Counted from the stretch's first letter, positions 27,841 through 36,833 are shown. The stretch: 51,812 nt of DNA from an uncultured Planctomycetaceae bacterium (GCA_964470125.1 CAYYBO010000002.1:1-51812); one strand, 5' to 3'. The notes: generated by a model not told the origin, from the letters alone. Program-made: numbers and translations.

Positions 27841-28458
27841 ATGAGGTATACGTTGTTCAACCGAACGGATGTTTGGGCAGCCGCGGTGGCCGCGCTGTGG
27901 GTGCTGGCATTGACGTGCCTGCCCTACACCGCGTGCACCGTGGCTCCCTCCGCCAAGCAGAGTCAGCCGGCCCCCCAACAGGTCGGCGTCGACCCGAACG
28001 CGGCTCCGGCCTCGCAGCCGGTGCAGCAGGTGCAGCAGCAGCAGCAAGGTGGCGTCAACACGGCCACGAACCTACAGACCTACCTGCCCTACGGCCTAGT
28101 GGCCATCGTAGGAATGGTGACGGCGGCACTGTGGCGTGCGTCTCTCAGCAAAGACAAGCTGCTCAGCGACGCTCTCCGAACAACCGCAGACGACGAGACG
28201 ATTCTCGCCGTCCTGGAAATCCTGACCCGTAAGCAAGGAGCCCTGGATGCCACGGAAGAAGCCCGCCCCGTCAGACGCCGCCTCCGAGACTTCGTCGATG
28301 ACTACCACTCGCCGACAGTCGACCGAACTGCGGAGCCTCCGCAAGCAGGTACGCGACCTGACGGATGCGCTGATCCACAGCGAAGACCGCAATGCCCTGC
28401 TGCTGGAGGCGGTGCCGGCGATCCAACCTGCAGCCCCTGCGAAGGTAACCTCGACTAA
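27841..28458 (+). CDS. membrane protein; the 3' third overlaps the next gene out of frame
   Basis: ATG at 27841, 2 nt after the upstream stop. N-terminal hydrophobic WAAAVAALWVLALTCLPYTAC, Q-rich linker, and a second TM LPYGLVAIVGMVTAALW. No stop codon until 28458. The tail after about 28330 looks non-protein-like. Confidence 0.45.
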   Translation: MRYTLFNRTDVWAAAVAALWVLALTCLPYTACTVAPSAKQSQPAPQQVGVDPNAAPASQPVQQVQQQQQGGVNTATNLQTYLPYGLVAIVGMVTAALWRASLSKDKLLSDALRTTADDETILAVLEILTRKQGALDATEEARPVRRRLRDFVDDYHSPTVDRTAEPPQAGTRPDGCADPQRRPQCPAAGGGAGDPTCSPCEGNLD

Positions 28459-29305
28459 GGCGCCCTCGAAGACTCCGGTTGTGGCTGTTGGCTTATGGAG
28501 CGACATCCACTGGGGACAGAAGGTACAGCCCGACGAAGTCCAGAACTACGGCAGTTACAGCTGCTCCATCGCCGAGCGGCGCCTTCGTGCCTGGACCGAG
28601 ACGTTCCTTCGGTGGGTCGACGTGCAGCGCCACGCCTACCCGATCGACGAGTGCCGCATCGTGGCCCTTGGCGACCTGGTGCACGGGCTGATCCACTTGG
28701 ACAACCTCATCTACAACGAGCGGCAACCGTTGCCGTCGGCGGTGGAGGTCGGCACCTGCATGGCCGAGTGCGTGGCGATGCTGGCTCCGCGCTTCCGCCG
28801 AGTCGTGGTAGATTCTCTGGCGCCTGACAACCACGGCCGGCTCACTACCAAAGTGCTGAGCCAGGGTCGAGGCGAGTGGTCGCTGGGTTACGTGGCCAAC
28901 GAGATCGCCCGTGGGATGCTCCGGAGCCACTCGAACGTGACATTCACCAACCACCTCGAACTCAAGATGGAACTGGAGATCAACGGCAAGCTGTTCCTGT
29001 GCGAGCACGGCAACGACATCCGCTGCTGGATGGGCGTGCCCTACTACGGGATCGAGCGACTTGTCCAGCGGGAGTACCGTCGGCGTGCCAATGCTGGGAA
29101 GCCTCCCTTCCACTACCTATTGATGGGGCACTTCCACGTGCCGGCTGTTCTCCCCAACGTGGTGTTGAACGGCGCGCTCTGTGGGACGACCCCCTACGAC
29201 CACGCCAATGCGCGGTACGCCGAACCTGCGCAATACGCGTTTCTTGTCCACCCGAAGCACGGCCTTTTCAACTACGTGCCGGTGGCGCTTGGAGGCATCA
29301 AATGA
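28247..29305 (+). CDS. calcineurin-like metallophosphoesterase (Mre11/SbcD-type fold)
   Basis: 352 aa with AAGGAG RBS at 28235-28240. Motifs in order: GLWSDIHWG, GDLVHG, DNHGR, GHFH. Confidence 0.7.
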   Translation: MPRKKPAPSDAASETSSMTTTRRQSTELRSLRKQVRDLTDALIHSEDRNALLLEAVPAIQPAAPAKVTSTKAPSKTPVVAVGLWSDIHWGQKVQPDEVQNYGSYSCSIAERRLRAWTETFLRWVDVQRHAYPIDECRIVALGDLVHGLIHLDNLIYNERQPLPSAVEVGTCMAECVAMLAPRFRRVVVDSLAPDNHGRLTTKVLSQGRGEWSLGYVANEIARGMLRSHSNVTFTNHLELKMELEINGKLFLCEHGNDIRCWMGVPYYGIERLVQREYRRRANAGKPPFHYLLMGHFHVPAVLPNVVLNGALCGTTPYDHANARYAEPAQYAFLVHPKHGLFNYVPVALGGIK

Positions 29306-30099
29306 CGTTCGACTTCTGCTACATGTACTCTGGCTTGGCCAACCCACCCGGCGGTGCGCCGTACCTGTGGCCCATGCCGAAGGAAATGCTGGCGATCGCC
29401 GGGAACTTTCCCGCCAGCGTGTGGATGCACCACGGCCTGTACGAGACGGGCAAGCCCTACCCGCCGTACATCGTCCCGGCTTACGCCCTGGAGCTTCTGC
29501 GCTACACCATAGCAGGGGCGCGAGCCGTCGGACACGTCGTCTGTCCGTACACAAGCTGGTTCTACGCGGCCGAAAAGGGCCTCAACCCATCGCAGTACCT
29601 CAATGCTGTTCGTGCGTTGAAGGCGGAGACCGGCTGTACCGGCATCTATGTTGACGGCCTCACGTTCCCGTACCACGGAAGAGCGTGGTCGCAGGAGGAC
29701 AACCGCTACGTCGCGAGGACGCTACGCCGCAACATCTTCGGGCAGAGCGGAAGGCTGATCCTGCATGCAACACATCCGCTGGGCGACGGTAAGTTCCAGC
29801 CGCCCGACCTGGTTGCCGAACAGTACTTCGACTGCGTGGTGATCGGAGAAGGCTGCCCGGATTTCGACGCCTTCGCCGCTCAGGCGTACACGACCCAACA
29901 GATCGAACCGCGTATCGAAGCGGGCATACCGTGGGCCATGCTGCGGCAAAACTGGCTGGCGGGCTGGCTGGTGGAGCATGGTGCGTCGGCCATCGGACAC
30001 GTCGGCATGAAGCTGGCGGATGACGGATCGACGAGCTACGACGACGGCACCCGCACGCAGTATTACCAGCGGCTGGTTGCCGCCCGTGCTGCCTTATGA
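29302..30099 (+). CDS. hypothetical protein (possible TIM-barrel glycosidase-like; very tentative)
   Basis: ATG at 29302 overlaps the upstream stop (ATGA). 265 aa. TGIYVDGL and LILHATHP segments are reminiscent of beta-strand-end catalytic motifs. Confidence 0.45.
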   Translation: MTFDFCYMYSGLANPPGGAPYLWPMPKEMLAIAGNFPASVWMHHGLYETGKPYPPYIVPAYALELLRYTIAGARAVGHVVCPYTSWFYAAEKGLNPSQYLNAVRALKAETGCTGIYVDGLTFPYHGRAWSQEDNRYVARTLRRNIFGQSGRLILHATHPLGDGKFQPPDLVAEQYFDCVVIGEGCPDFDAFAAQAYTTQQIEPRIEAGIPWAMLRQNWLAGWLVEHGASAIGHVGMKLADDGSTSYDDGTRTQYYQRLVAARAAL

Positions 30100-30302
30100 C
30101 CGAAACCTGTGACGCCTGCAAACGCAACAGCGTGGCGCTGTCGTACCATCGTGTCAACCTGTGTGACCAGTGCTGGCGCTTGCTCGACGAGTGGTTGAGC
30201 CGGTGTGAAGCCAGCACAAAACTGGGGTCGTCGAGGCCGCCGTTGCCTGCTCGGCTGCGGACGCTGCCGTGGACCCCCCCGCTACCCTGGAGGCCCAAAT
30301 GA
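30096..30302 (+). CDS. small zinc-ribbon-like protein
   Basis: 68 aa with CDAC...CDQC (two CxxC pairs) and an ATGA overlap. Confidence 0.5.
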   Translation: MTETCDACKRNSVALSYHRVNLCDQCWRLLDEWLSRCEASTKLGSSRPPLPARLRTLPWTPPLPWRPK

Positions 30303-30538
30303 ACATCCAATACAAAGACACCAACACAGTCCCTCTCTCCAAAGTGGACGTAGGCGGAGTCTTCGAGTCCTGTGGCACTCTCTACTTGCGGCTGCGGCCG
30401 GGCGATCCTCAGCTGCGTCCGGAGATACGCGATGCCAACCCGGCCCTGAATCTCTCCACCAACTCGCTTGCGTTCTTCGGCGTGAGCTGGGACGGCGACG
30501 TCCAGCTGTGTAACCACACCCTCATCGTGGAGCATTAG
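30299..30538 (+). CDS. hypothetical protein
   Basis: ATG at 30299 overlaps the upstream stop. 79 aa. Confidence 0.45.
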   Translation: MNIQYKDTNTVPLSKVDVGGVFESCGTLYLRLRPGDPQLRPEIRDANPALNLSTNSLAFFGVSWDGDVQLCNHTLIVEH

Positions 30539-30539
30539 G

Positions 30540-30869
30540 ATGTCCCTCATTCAAACCACCAACCCCATTGATGGCGTCGTCGACGACGCTACCGGCGAGT
30601 ACTACTGCTGGAAACACCACGAGTTCTGCAAGGGCACCAGCAGCATCGTCACGGAAAAGACTCGGCCACCGGACGCTCGGTGTGCACACTGCGTCACCGG
30701 CGATGGCACGACGCACTACCGCTGCTGCTGGCGGGATCACCCGGCCTGCGCCAAGGCCGCTCTGGAGCGCGTGATCGAAGCGTGCGACCAGGCGCTCCTG
30801 CCGGACGGCTCTTACACGGACGCCGTAGCTTTAGAGCGGATCGAGGCGATCCTTGCAGGCGCAGCATGA
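30540..30869 (+). CDS. Cys/His-rich small protein
   Basis: 109 aa with CWKHHEFC, CAHC, YRCCWRDHPAC. Confidence 0.5.
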   Translation: MSLIQTTNPIDGVVDDATGEYYCWKHHEFCKGTSSIVTEKTRPPDARCAHCVTGDGTTHYRCCWRDHPACAKAALERVIEACDQALLPDGSYTDAVALERIEAILAGAA

Positions 30870-31426
30870 CGAGGCTGCCGCCCCGTACACTCACGGTGCG
30901 CGTAGACTACCGGGAGAAACTCCGCTACCGCATCCGGTTCCCGACGAACGTGCGGTGGTGGTTCAACGGCGCGTCGTGCCTCGTAGCGGTGAAGGTCGCC
31001 ATCGCGCAGCTTGACACTGGCGACTACGCCGTGTATGATAGGAAGGGGCGCTGCGTAGCGTGCATCGAGAAGAAGGGCTCCATGTCGGAGCTGCGTACCA
31101 ACCTGTTGACCGCCGACCACCGCCGGCTCGTGGCGGAGTGGCGCCGCCTGCAACTGATCCCCTACCGTGGGGTGCTGCTGACGTTCCCGTGGCGCGACTT
31201 CTTCCACGCTACCATGTACGTGCCGGAGCCTGTCCGCATCCTGGATCGGCTGCAACGGGACTGTGCACGATTCGGCTTGGACCTGCTGATTTGTCCGCCT
31301 GGGAAGGACAATCGAGCAGTCGGAACCTTCCTGTGCCACTGGTTCCTGGCTCGTCTACAGCAGCACCAGGAGACTATCGACCAAAAGTGGCACGGAGGTA
31401 ACCATGGCAAAACCCGTTCCCCCTAA
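30866..31426 (+). CDS. ERCC4/XPF-Mus81-type nuclease domain protein (structure-specific endonuclease/resolvase candidate)
   Basis: ATG at 30866 (ATGA overlap). 186 aa. VRVDYRE...LDTGDYAVYD...CIEKKGSMSELRTNL...RRL fits the D-x-R-E ... GDY ... ERK-x-x-x-DL pattern. Confidence 0.5.
   Translation: MTRLPPRTLTVRVDYREKLRYRIRFPTNVRWWFNGASCLVAVKVAIAQLDTGDYAVYDRKGRCVACIEKKGSMSELRTNLLTADHRRLVAEWRRLQLIPYRGVLLTFPWRDFFHATMYVPEPVRILDRLQRDCARFGLDLLICPPGKDNRAVGTFLCHWFLARLQQHQETIDQKWHGGNHGKTRSP
31011..31039 (+). promoter_or_regulatory. near-consensus sigma70 promoter embedded in the ERCC4-like gene
   Basis: TTGACA (31011-31016), 17-nt spacer, TATGAT (31034-31039). Confidence 0.4.
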
Positions 31427-32630
31427 AACCAAAGCGCTGCCGGTCAAGCCGGCCAGTGCAGTCCACCGCAAGGGCGCGCCGGCGGAGAAGCCCCCCGCCA
31501 CGCGTTGGCGCCGAGGTCCCCGTCGAGGGCGTGGCGAAGTCCGTGGCACCTATGCTGCAGACGACGTGCGTGTGATCGCCCCTGCCGCCAAAGTGTTCGA
31601 CGCGTCGCTGTCGCATTCGGCCATCGGCTGCTACATGACGTGCCCTCGCATGTTCCTCTACGAGTATCGGCTGCGCCTCAAAGACAAAGGCTACGCGTCG
31701 GCACCGAACATCGGGCAGCTGTTCCACCTGGCGGTGGGGCTGCGCTACCGTGGCTTCCAGCCGAACGCCATCAGCACGCAGGTGTCTGCCTGGCTCGACA
31801 AGCAGATCGCCCAAATCACGCTCACCTATGAGGAAGGACCCGGCGCGGTGATCTTCGGCGGCCAGTCCCTCGAAGACGTGGTCGAGCAGTGCGAACAGGA
31901 TGCTTCCATCGCACAGGCTATGGCCTCCGCCTTCTGGCAGCGGTACTCCCCTCGCCTGCCCAAGTACGACACCTGCAACGTGGAGTGCCGAGTCGAGTTC
32001 CGTGATCCCTTTTCCAAAGCTCAGCTCGTGGCGGTGATCGACCTGTTGCTGTTCGACCCGAAGTCGAAGCGCTACTACATCGTCGACAACAAGACGACGA
32101 GCAGCCGCGTGGATGAGTATGCTACGGCCCTGGAGTTCGACCCGCAAGCCAGGCTCTACGCGTACGTCGTGAGGCTGGCCCTGGAAATGGGGCTCCTCGG
32201 GCTGGAGCCGTACCCCGTGGCGGGCTTCATCCACAACGTCGTGCAGAAGCCGACGATCCGCCTCAAGCAGGGGCAGGACATCGCCGACTACATCGACGAG
32301 GTCGCCGAGTGGTACTCCGGGACGGGCCGCTGGACCAAACGAGCGGACATCGTAACGGAGCAGCCGCCCTTTGCGTCGTACCTGACGCCGGCGACAGGCC
32401 AGCTCGACGCTGAGCTTCAGCTGGTGTTGAGAGAGGTTGCCACGGCGACGTCGTGTGCTCCGACGCTGACGAACTTCCCTCGGCTGGGAGCGTTCCGTGG
32501 CGTCTGTAAGAACCACTTCAACCGGAAGTGCCGCCACGTGGAGATGTGCACCAGGAGTACCAGCGACTGGGCAGAGCTGCTTCAGAACAACTACCTGGTG
32601 CGTTCACCCTCAACTGGAGGCTCTGCATGA
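31404..32630 (+). CDS. PD-(D/E)xK exonuclease of the Cas4/RecB (AddB-type Fe-S) family
   Basis: 408 aa with GGAGG RBS. N-terminal SHSAIGCYMTCPRMFLYEY. Core VIDLLLFD...YYIVDNKTT. QxxxY (QARLYAY). C-terminal Cys cluster CKNHFNRKCRHVEMC. Confidence 0.7.
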   Translation: MAKPVPPKTKALPVKPASAVHRKGAPAEKPPATRWRRGPRRGRGEVRGTYAADDVRVIAPAAKVFDASLSHSAIGCYMTCPRMFLYEYRLRLKDKGYASAPNIGQLFHLAVGLRYRGFQPNAISTQVSAWLDKQIAQITLTYEEGPGAVIFGGQSLEDVVEQCEQDASIAQAMASAFWQRYSPRLPKYDTCNVECRVEFRDPFSKAQLVAVIDLLLFDPKSKRYYIVDNKTTSSRVDEYATALEFDPQARLYAYVVRLALEMGLLGLEPYPVAGFIHNVVQKPTIRLKQGQDIADYIDEVAEWYSGTGRWTKRADIVTEQPPFASYLTPATGQLDAELQLVLREVATATSCAPTLTNFPRLGAFRGVCKNHFNRKCRHVEMCTRSTSDWAELLQNNYLVRSPSTGGSA

Positions 32631-33505
32631 TTCCACTGCAAAAGAAACCCCTCAAAACCGTACAGGTGGCTGCCGACTTCAGCGACATCGAAGCGAAGCT
32701 GGGCATCCAGTGCGGGTTCAATCCGCCCCCACTGGAGCGCATGCGGTTCGTGGTCTCCGGGCTGAAGGGCACGGGGAAGACGTCGCTCGCCGCCAACCGT
32801 GGGCCGCGCACGCTCATCCTTGACCTGGAAGACACGGCCGGCAAATGCCAGTTCGGTACGGCGAAGTACGTCTACGTGCCGACACCGGCGGACCTGCTGA
32901 AGAAGCTGTCGTGGCTTGAGGAGTGCGCCATGCGTGGCAAGCGCCTCTATGACCACGTCGTCTTCGACACGGGCGACGCCCTGCAGGACATGGCTGCCGA
33001 CGTCCTCACCGAGGACAAAGGCAAGTGCATCTACGACTACGGCACCAAAGGCAAAGGCTGGGACCTCATCCGCATGAAGGTGGCGGGTTGGGTCAAGCCA
33101 CTGTATCGGCTCGGCTACGGCTGGACCATCAATGCCCACGTCCAGTGGACCAACGTCACTGACGAGCGGGGCAACGAAGTCGAGCGCCTCAAGAGCACGA
33201 TGGCCGCTTCGGTGCTGCGGACCCTGCGGCACGACGCCGACTATCTCTGCCAGCTGGAGTGGAAGCTGAACAAGCCGGCCCCGCAGCCGGTCGTTAAGGG
33301 AAAGCCCGTCATCGCAAAGATGGCGCCGGAACGAGTGCTCGTCATGCAGACGAGACTGGCTCCCCGCAACAAGAAAGACGCGGAGTTGTCCGCGCGGATC
33401 GCCCTGCCTGATGCTCTGGTGCTGCCGTACTCGGCACCGTGGGCGGCAGTCGACGCCGCCTATACGGAGGCTGTCGAATTGGCACGAAAGGCTGCCGGGA
33501 AGTGA
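32627..33505 (+). CDS. Sak4-like RecA-fold ATPase (AAA_24-type)
   Basis: ATG at 32627 (ATGA overlap). 292 aa. Walker A GLKGTGKTS, Walker B HVVFDTGD. Confidence 0.65.
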   Translation: MIPLQKKPLKTVQVAADFSDIEAKLGIQCGFNPPPLERMRFVVSGLKGTGKTSLAANRGPRTLILDLEDTAGKCQFGTAKYVYVPTPADLLKKLSWLEECAMRGKRLYDHVVFDTGDALQDMAADVLTEDKGKCIYDYGTKGKGWDLIRMKVAGWVKPLYRLGYGWTINAHVQWTNVTDERGNEVERLKSTMAASVLRTLRHDADYLCQLEWKLNKPAPQPVVKGKPVIAKMAPERVLVMQTRLAPRNKKDAELSARIALPDALVLPYSAPWAAVDAAYTEAVELARKAAGK

Positions 33506-33614
33506 GGCACCGCTTGAGCGTCGGCTATGCTTTGATGGTGGCGTTCTTCGTGATCGTCGTGGCGGCAACGAACCGCCGCCTCCGTCCACACTGAACCTGT
33601 TGAAAGGAGTCTTG

Positions 33615-33791
33615 ATGCCACCCGAACTGACAACTGGACCACCCGAACGACAACCGGCTCCGCCACCGCCCCAACCGGCGGAGCCGCCCCCCATACTCAC
33701 TGGTGAGGCTGCGGCTGTGTTGGCTGCAGCGAACCCCCAACCCGTGGCGGATGATCCATATGAGACATCCCCACAAGAAGGAGGCCATTAA
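33615..33791 (+). CDS. small Pro-rich hypothetical protein
   Basis: AAAGGAG RBS, then ATG at 33615. 58 aa. Coding status uncertain. Confidence 0.3.
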   Translation: MPPELTTGPPERQPAPPPPQPAEPPPILTGEAAAVLAAANPQPVADDPYETSPQEGGH

Positions 33792-34432
33792 TGGCTGCGA
33801 AGAAGAACACTGTGAAGAACACCGCGAAGAACACGAAGCAGGCTCGGCCGGCCCCGGTCGAGGAGCCCCAGCAGGAAGACGCGCTCGAGGAAGAACTCGA
33901 CCTCGACGGGCAGATCGAGTCGGTGTTCGGAGAATCCGACGAGCGCATCCAGGAAGGCTACCAGAACACGGAGCAGCGTGGCGAGCGGTTCGCCCCGCCG
34001 GACGGCACCTACACCATGACCCTCACGGACGACGAGAGCGGCGCCTGTGGGCAGGTGCGGCTGATCTCGCCCAAGGACGAGAACGACGAGACGCCTCCGT
34101 ATCCGCTGGTTGCGCTCTCGATGACGATTGATGCGGCCCCGGACCCGGACCTGGTCGGGACGCTGTTCGACATCCCCATCTTCCTCAAGCCGTACGAGGA
34201 CAAGCGCACCGGCACCACGAAGACCGCCGGCAGCGGGACCATCAAGGCCATCTGCGAGATGGCGTTCGGGTCCGAGATCGACGACCTGAAGGTCGCGGCT
34301 AAGAAGATTCTGGCCGAGGCCGGCAACACCACCTGGAAGGTGAAGGTCAAGCGGAAGGACGACCCCAAGCGGAAGATCGCGAAGGATGACGCCCTCCCCA
34401 ACTACACCTTCCTGGAGATGGTGCAGTCCTAG
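33791..34432 (+). CDS. putative ssDNA-binding protein (DUF669-like, by position next to the Sak4-like ATPase)
   Basis: 213 aa with AGGAGG RBS and a TAATG overlap. Basic N-terminus, acidic linker, then a beta-rich core (FAPPDGTYTMTL...). Confidence 0.45.
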   Translation: MAAKKNTVKNTAKNTKQARPAPVEEPQQEDALEEELDLDGQIESVFGESDERIQEGYQNTEQRGERFAPPDGTYTMTLTDDESGACGQVRLISPKDENDETPPYPLVALSMTIDAAPDPDLVGTLFDIPIFLKPYEDKRTGTTKTAGSGTIKAICEMAFGSEIDDLKVAAKKILAEAGNTTWKVKVKRKDDPKRKIAKDDALPNYTFLEMVQS

Positions 34433-34508
34433 CCTTGTTCGCCGGGAGGAGTGCTCGCTCTGCTCTGCCACGGAGCGGGGCGGGCCTCCTCCTTTGTGGA
34501 GTCTTCCC

Positions 34509-34763
34509 ATGAGCACGTGTACTGAATGCGGTTGCGAGATGGACCGCTTCGACGCACAGGAGAGCGAAGCCTGCCGCCGTTGCCGCAAGATCGAGCTGCA
34601 GGCGGATGGCTTGCCGGCCTCGACGTTCGAGGTTCGACAGTTCTATCCGCCGGCCCACCTGGCACCCGGAGCCCGCAAGGACCTCCAGGAGATTCTGTCT
34701 CTGCTGGCTGATCCCGAAGAGTCCGACGAGGACGATAGCGTACCGAATTACTTCCCGCACTAA
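34509..34763 (+). CDS. zinc-ribbon protein with acidic tail
   Basis: ATG at 34509. 84 aa. CTECGC...CRRC. Confidence 0.45.
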   Translation: MSTCTECGCEMDRFDAQESEACRRCRKIELQADGLPASTFEVRQFYPPAHLAPGARKDLQEILSLLADPEESDEDDSVPNYFPH

Positions 34764-34779
34764 CCGGAGACCGAGGACA

Positions 34780-36126
34780 ATGCCCGACGAAGATGACGCT
34801 CTAAGTAACGCGCGCCTGGCTCGGAGCTACCTGGCGTCGAGCCGCTACCTCGGCACCCAAGCCTTATGGTGGTGGAACGGATCGTTCTGGCGGTGGCGCC
34901 CGGAGCACCCGGTGTATCAGCAACTGGGGTTCGACGAACAGGCGCATGAAGTTCTCAACTGGCTGATCCGTCAGGAAATCTCCGCTTCCTACCGCACCGC
35001 CGAAGCCGTCACGCACTGCGTGTCCGCACTTGCGACGCTGCCTCGGCACATCAAGCAACCCAGCTGGATCGGCGGTGCTCGCTCACGGCACGAGTGGTAC
35101 ATCGCCATGAAGAATCGGCTGGTTGATCCACTGGGGCTGGTGGCTGGTGACGCTCGCATGGTTCAGAAGCACACGCCCCAGTGGTTTTCTCAAACGATCC
35201 TGCCGTACCCCTACGACCGCAAGGCTCTCTGCCCGCACTTCCAGGAGTGGCTCCTCCAGATGATGGACGGGCACACCGATCGCTGTGACGTGGTGCAGGA
35301 GTTCTTTGGGTACTGGCTGATCCCGGACACGTCTCGCCAGCTGAGCCTGTTCCTGGTGGGGCCGAGCGGCACGGGCAAGTCAACCCTCCTCAACGTAGCG
35401 AAGAACCTCATCGGCGTAACCAACTGCAGTTTCATCGGGCTGAGCGACCTGGGGAAGCGGTTCTCCCTGTCTCCGATGGTCGGCAAGCTGCTCAACATCT
35501 CTGATGAGGCACGCGACGGCAAGCTCGGACGCGACGCCGAGGCTGTGTTCAAGTGGTTGGTTGGCGGCGCTGAGATGTCGCTCGAAGACAAGAACATCAG
35601 GTACTGGACACAGAAGCTGCAGACTCGACAGGTGGTCGCGCTCAACGCCTGGCCTGAGTTCACGGACACGGCCGGAGCGACATACCGCCGTATCCGCGTG
35701 GTGCCCATGCAGCACAAGATCGGCGACTACAAGTACGACCCCGGGGTCGAGACGCGGCTCCTTGAGGAACTGCCCGGCATCTTCAACTGGGCGATCCTCG
35801 GACTGAAGCGCGTCCTGGCGACGGGGATGAGCAGATGTCGCGCCGGAGAGCTGGTGCTGGAGCAGTGTCGTCAGCGGAACCAGCCGACCATAGAATTCAC
35901 CAAAGATCGAATCGAACCTGACGAGACCGGCTTCGTCTCGAACGCCACGCTGGTGCAGTCGTACCGAAGCTGGCTCGAAGACCAGGGCCAACGAGGCACC
36001 GCCGACGCAACGGAGCTTTTCTCGGCGATTCAGCAACGCGTACCCGGAGCAAGAGCAGGCCGCCCTCGCACCGCCAACAAGGCAGGCGAGCGGCCGCGTG
36101 GAGTGTTCGGCATCAAGTTGGTGTGA
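34780..36126 (+). CDS. D5/P4-family SF3 helicase (primase C-terminal-type NTPase)
   Basis: ATG at 34780. 448 aa. Walker A LVGPSGTGKST, Walker B LLNISDEA, motif C VVALNAWPEF, then YRRIRVVPM. Confidence 0.75.
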   Translation: MPDEDDALSNARLARSYLASSRYLGTQALWWWNGSFWRWRPEHPVYQQLGFDEQAHEVLNWLIRQEISASYRTAEAVTHCVSALATLPRHIKQPSWIGGARSRHEWYIAMKNRLVDPLGLVAGDARMVQKHTPQWFSQTILPYPYDRKALCPHFQEWLLQMMDGHTDRCDVVQEFFGYWLIPDTSRQLSLFLVGPSGTGKSTLLNVAKNLIGVTNCSFIGLSDLGKRFSLSPMVGKLLNISDEARDGKLGRDAEAVFKWLVGGAEMSLEDKNIRYWTQKLQTRQVVALNAWPEFTDTAGATYRRIRVVPMQHKIGDYKYDPGVETRLLEELPGIFNWAILGLKRVLATGMSRCRAGELVLEQCRQRNQPTIEFTKDRIEPDETGFVSNATLVQSYRSWLEDQGQRGTADATELFSAIQQRVPGARAGRPRTANKAGERPRGVFGIKLV

Positions 36127-36159
36127 TCGCAGTGCGCCTCTACTGAGAAGGAACCCGCC

Positions 36160-36456
36160 ATGACACAGACGCTCGACGACAAAGGCATCCCGCAACCGGG
36201 ACAGGTCATCATGCTCACGCGCCGACTGGCCCGCCCTCCCGCCGGAGCGGCAGCCGAGCTTGACGAGCCGCTCGAAGACAAGTCGCTGTACGGCGTGCCC
36301 CTGCTGGTGAAGGCCGTGCAGCTGCCGTTCCTGGTGGTCGAAGTGCCATCCGGCAGCGGCCTTCCGGGGCAACGCCTCATCGTAGATTGGCGCCCCGAGA
36401 CAACGTGGACCCCGGTGGCTCCACAGTATCTCGCTGCGTTCTGCCGTTCTCACTGA
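36160..36456 (+). CDS. hypothetical protein
   Basis: 98 aa with GAAGGA RBS. Confidence 0.5.
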   Translation: MTQTLDDKGIPQPGQVIMLTRRLARPPAGAAAELDEPLEDKSLYGVPLLVKAVQLPFLVVEVPSGSGLPGQRLIVDWRPETTWTPVAPQYLAAFCRSH

Positions 36457-36479
36457 CCCCTACTTAGGAGACGCCTCAC

Positions 36480-36833
36480 ATGAAAGCTGCACGACTGACT
36501 GTGTATTGCCCACGACGTCCGCAAGGCGCCATGCCTCTCCATGAGCAAGTGCGGTACGAGTTCTCGCGAGCCTTTGGTGGATGCACTCTGCTGCTGGGCG
36601 AGGGCGAGTGGGTTGATCCCCGCAACGAACATGTAGTAGAGCCGGTCGCTGTAGTCCAGGTCATGCTGGAGCCGGAGATCGTGCCGTCTGCCGTGGCGTT
36701 GGCGCAGGCAATCCTGGCGAAGGCGGACGAGCAGGTCATGTGCTATACGGTGGAGGAAACGGATGTCGAATTTGTCCAGCTCCAGGCGGACGAGCCACCG
36801 GCCGGTAAGTCGGATTCTCCAGAGCTACCTTGA
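36480..36833 (+). CDS. hypothetical protein
   Basis: 117 aa with AGGAG RBS at 36466-36470. Confidence 0.5.
   Translation: MKAARLTVYCPRRPQGAMPLHEQVRYEFSRAFGGCTLLLGEGEWVDPRNEHVVEPVAVVQVMLEPEIVPSAVALAQAILAKADEQVMCYTVEETDVEFVQLQADEPPAGKSDSPELP

Noticed and set aside
29302-30099. Calling this 265-aa protein the endolysin (TIM-barrel glycosidase).
   Set aside because: There are only vague strand-end resemblances (TGIYVDGL, LILHATHP). No catalytic motif that I can name, and no adjacent holin. Left as hypothetical.
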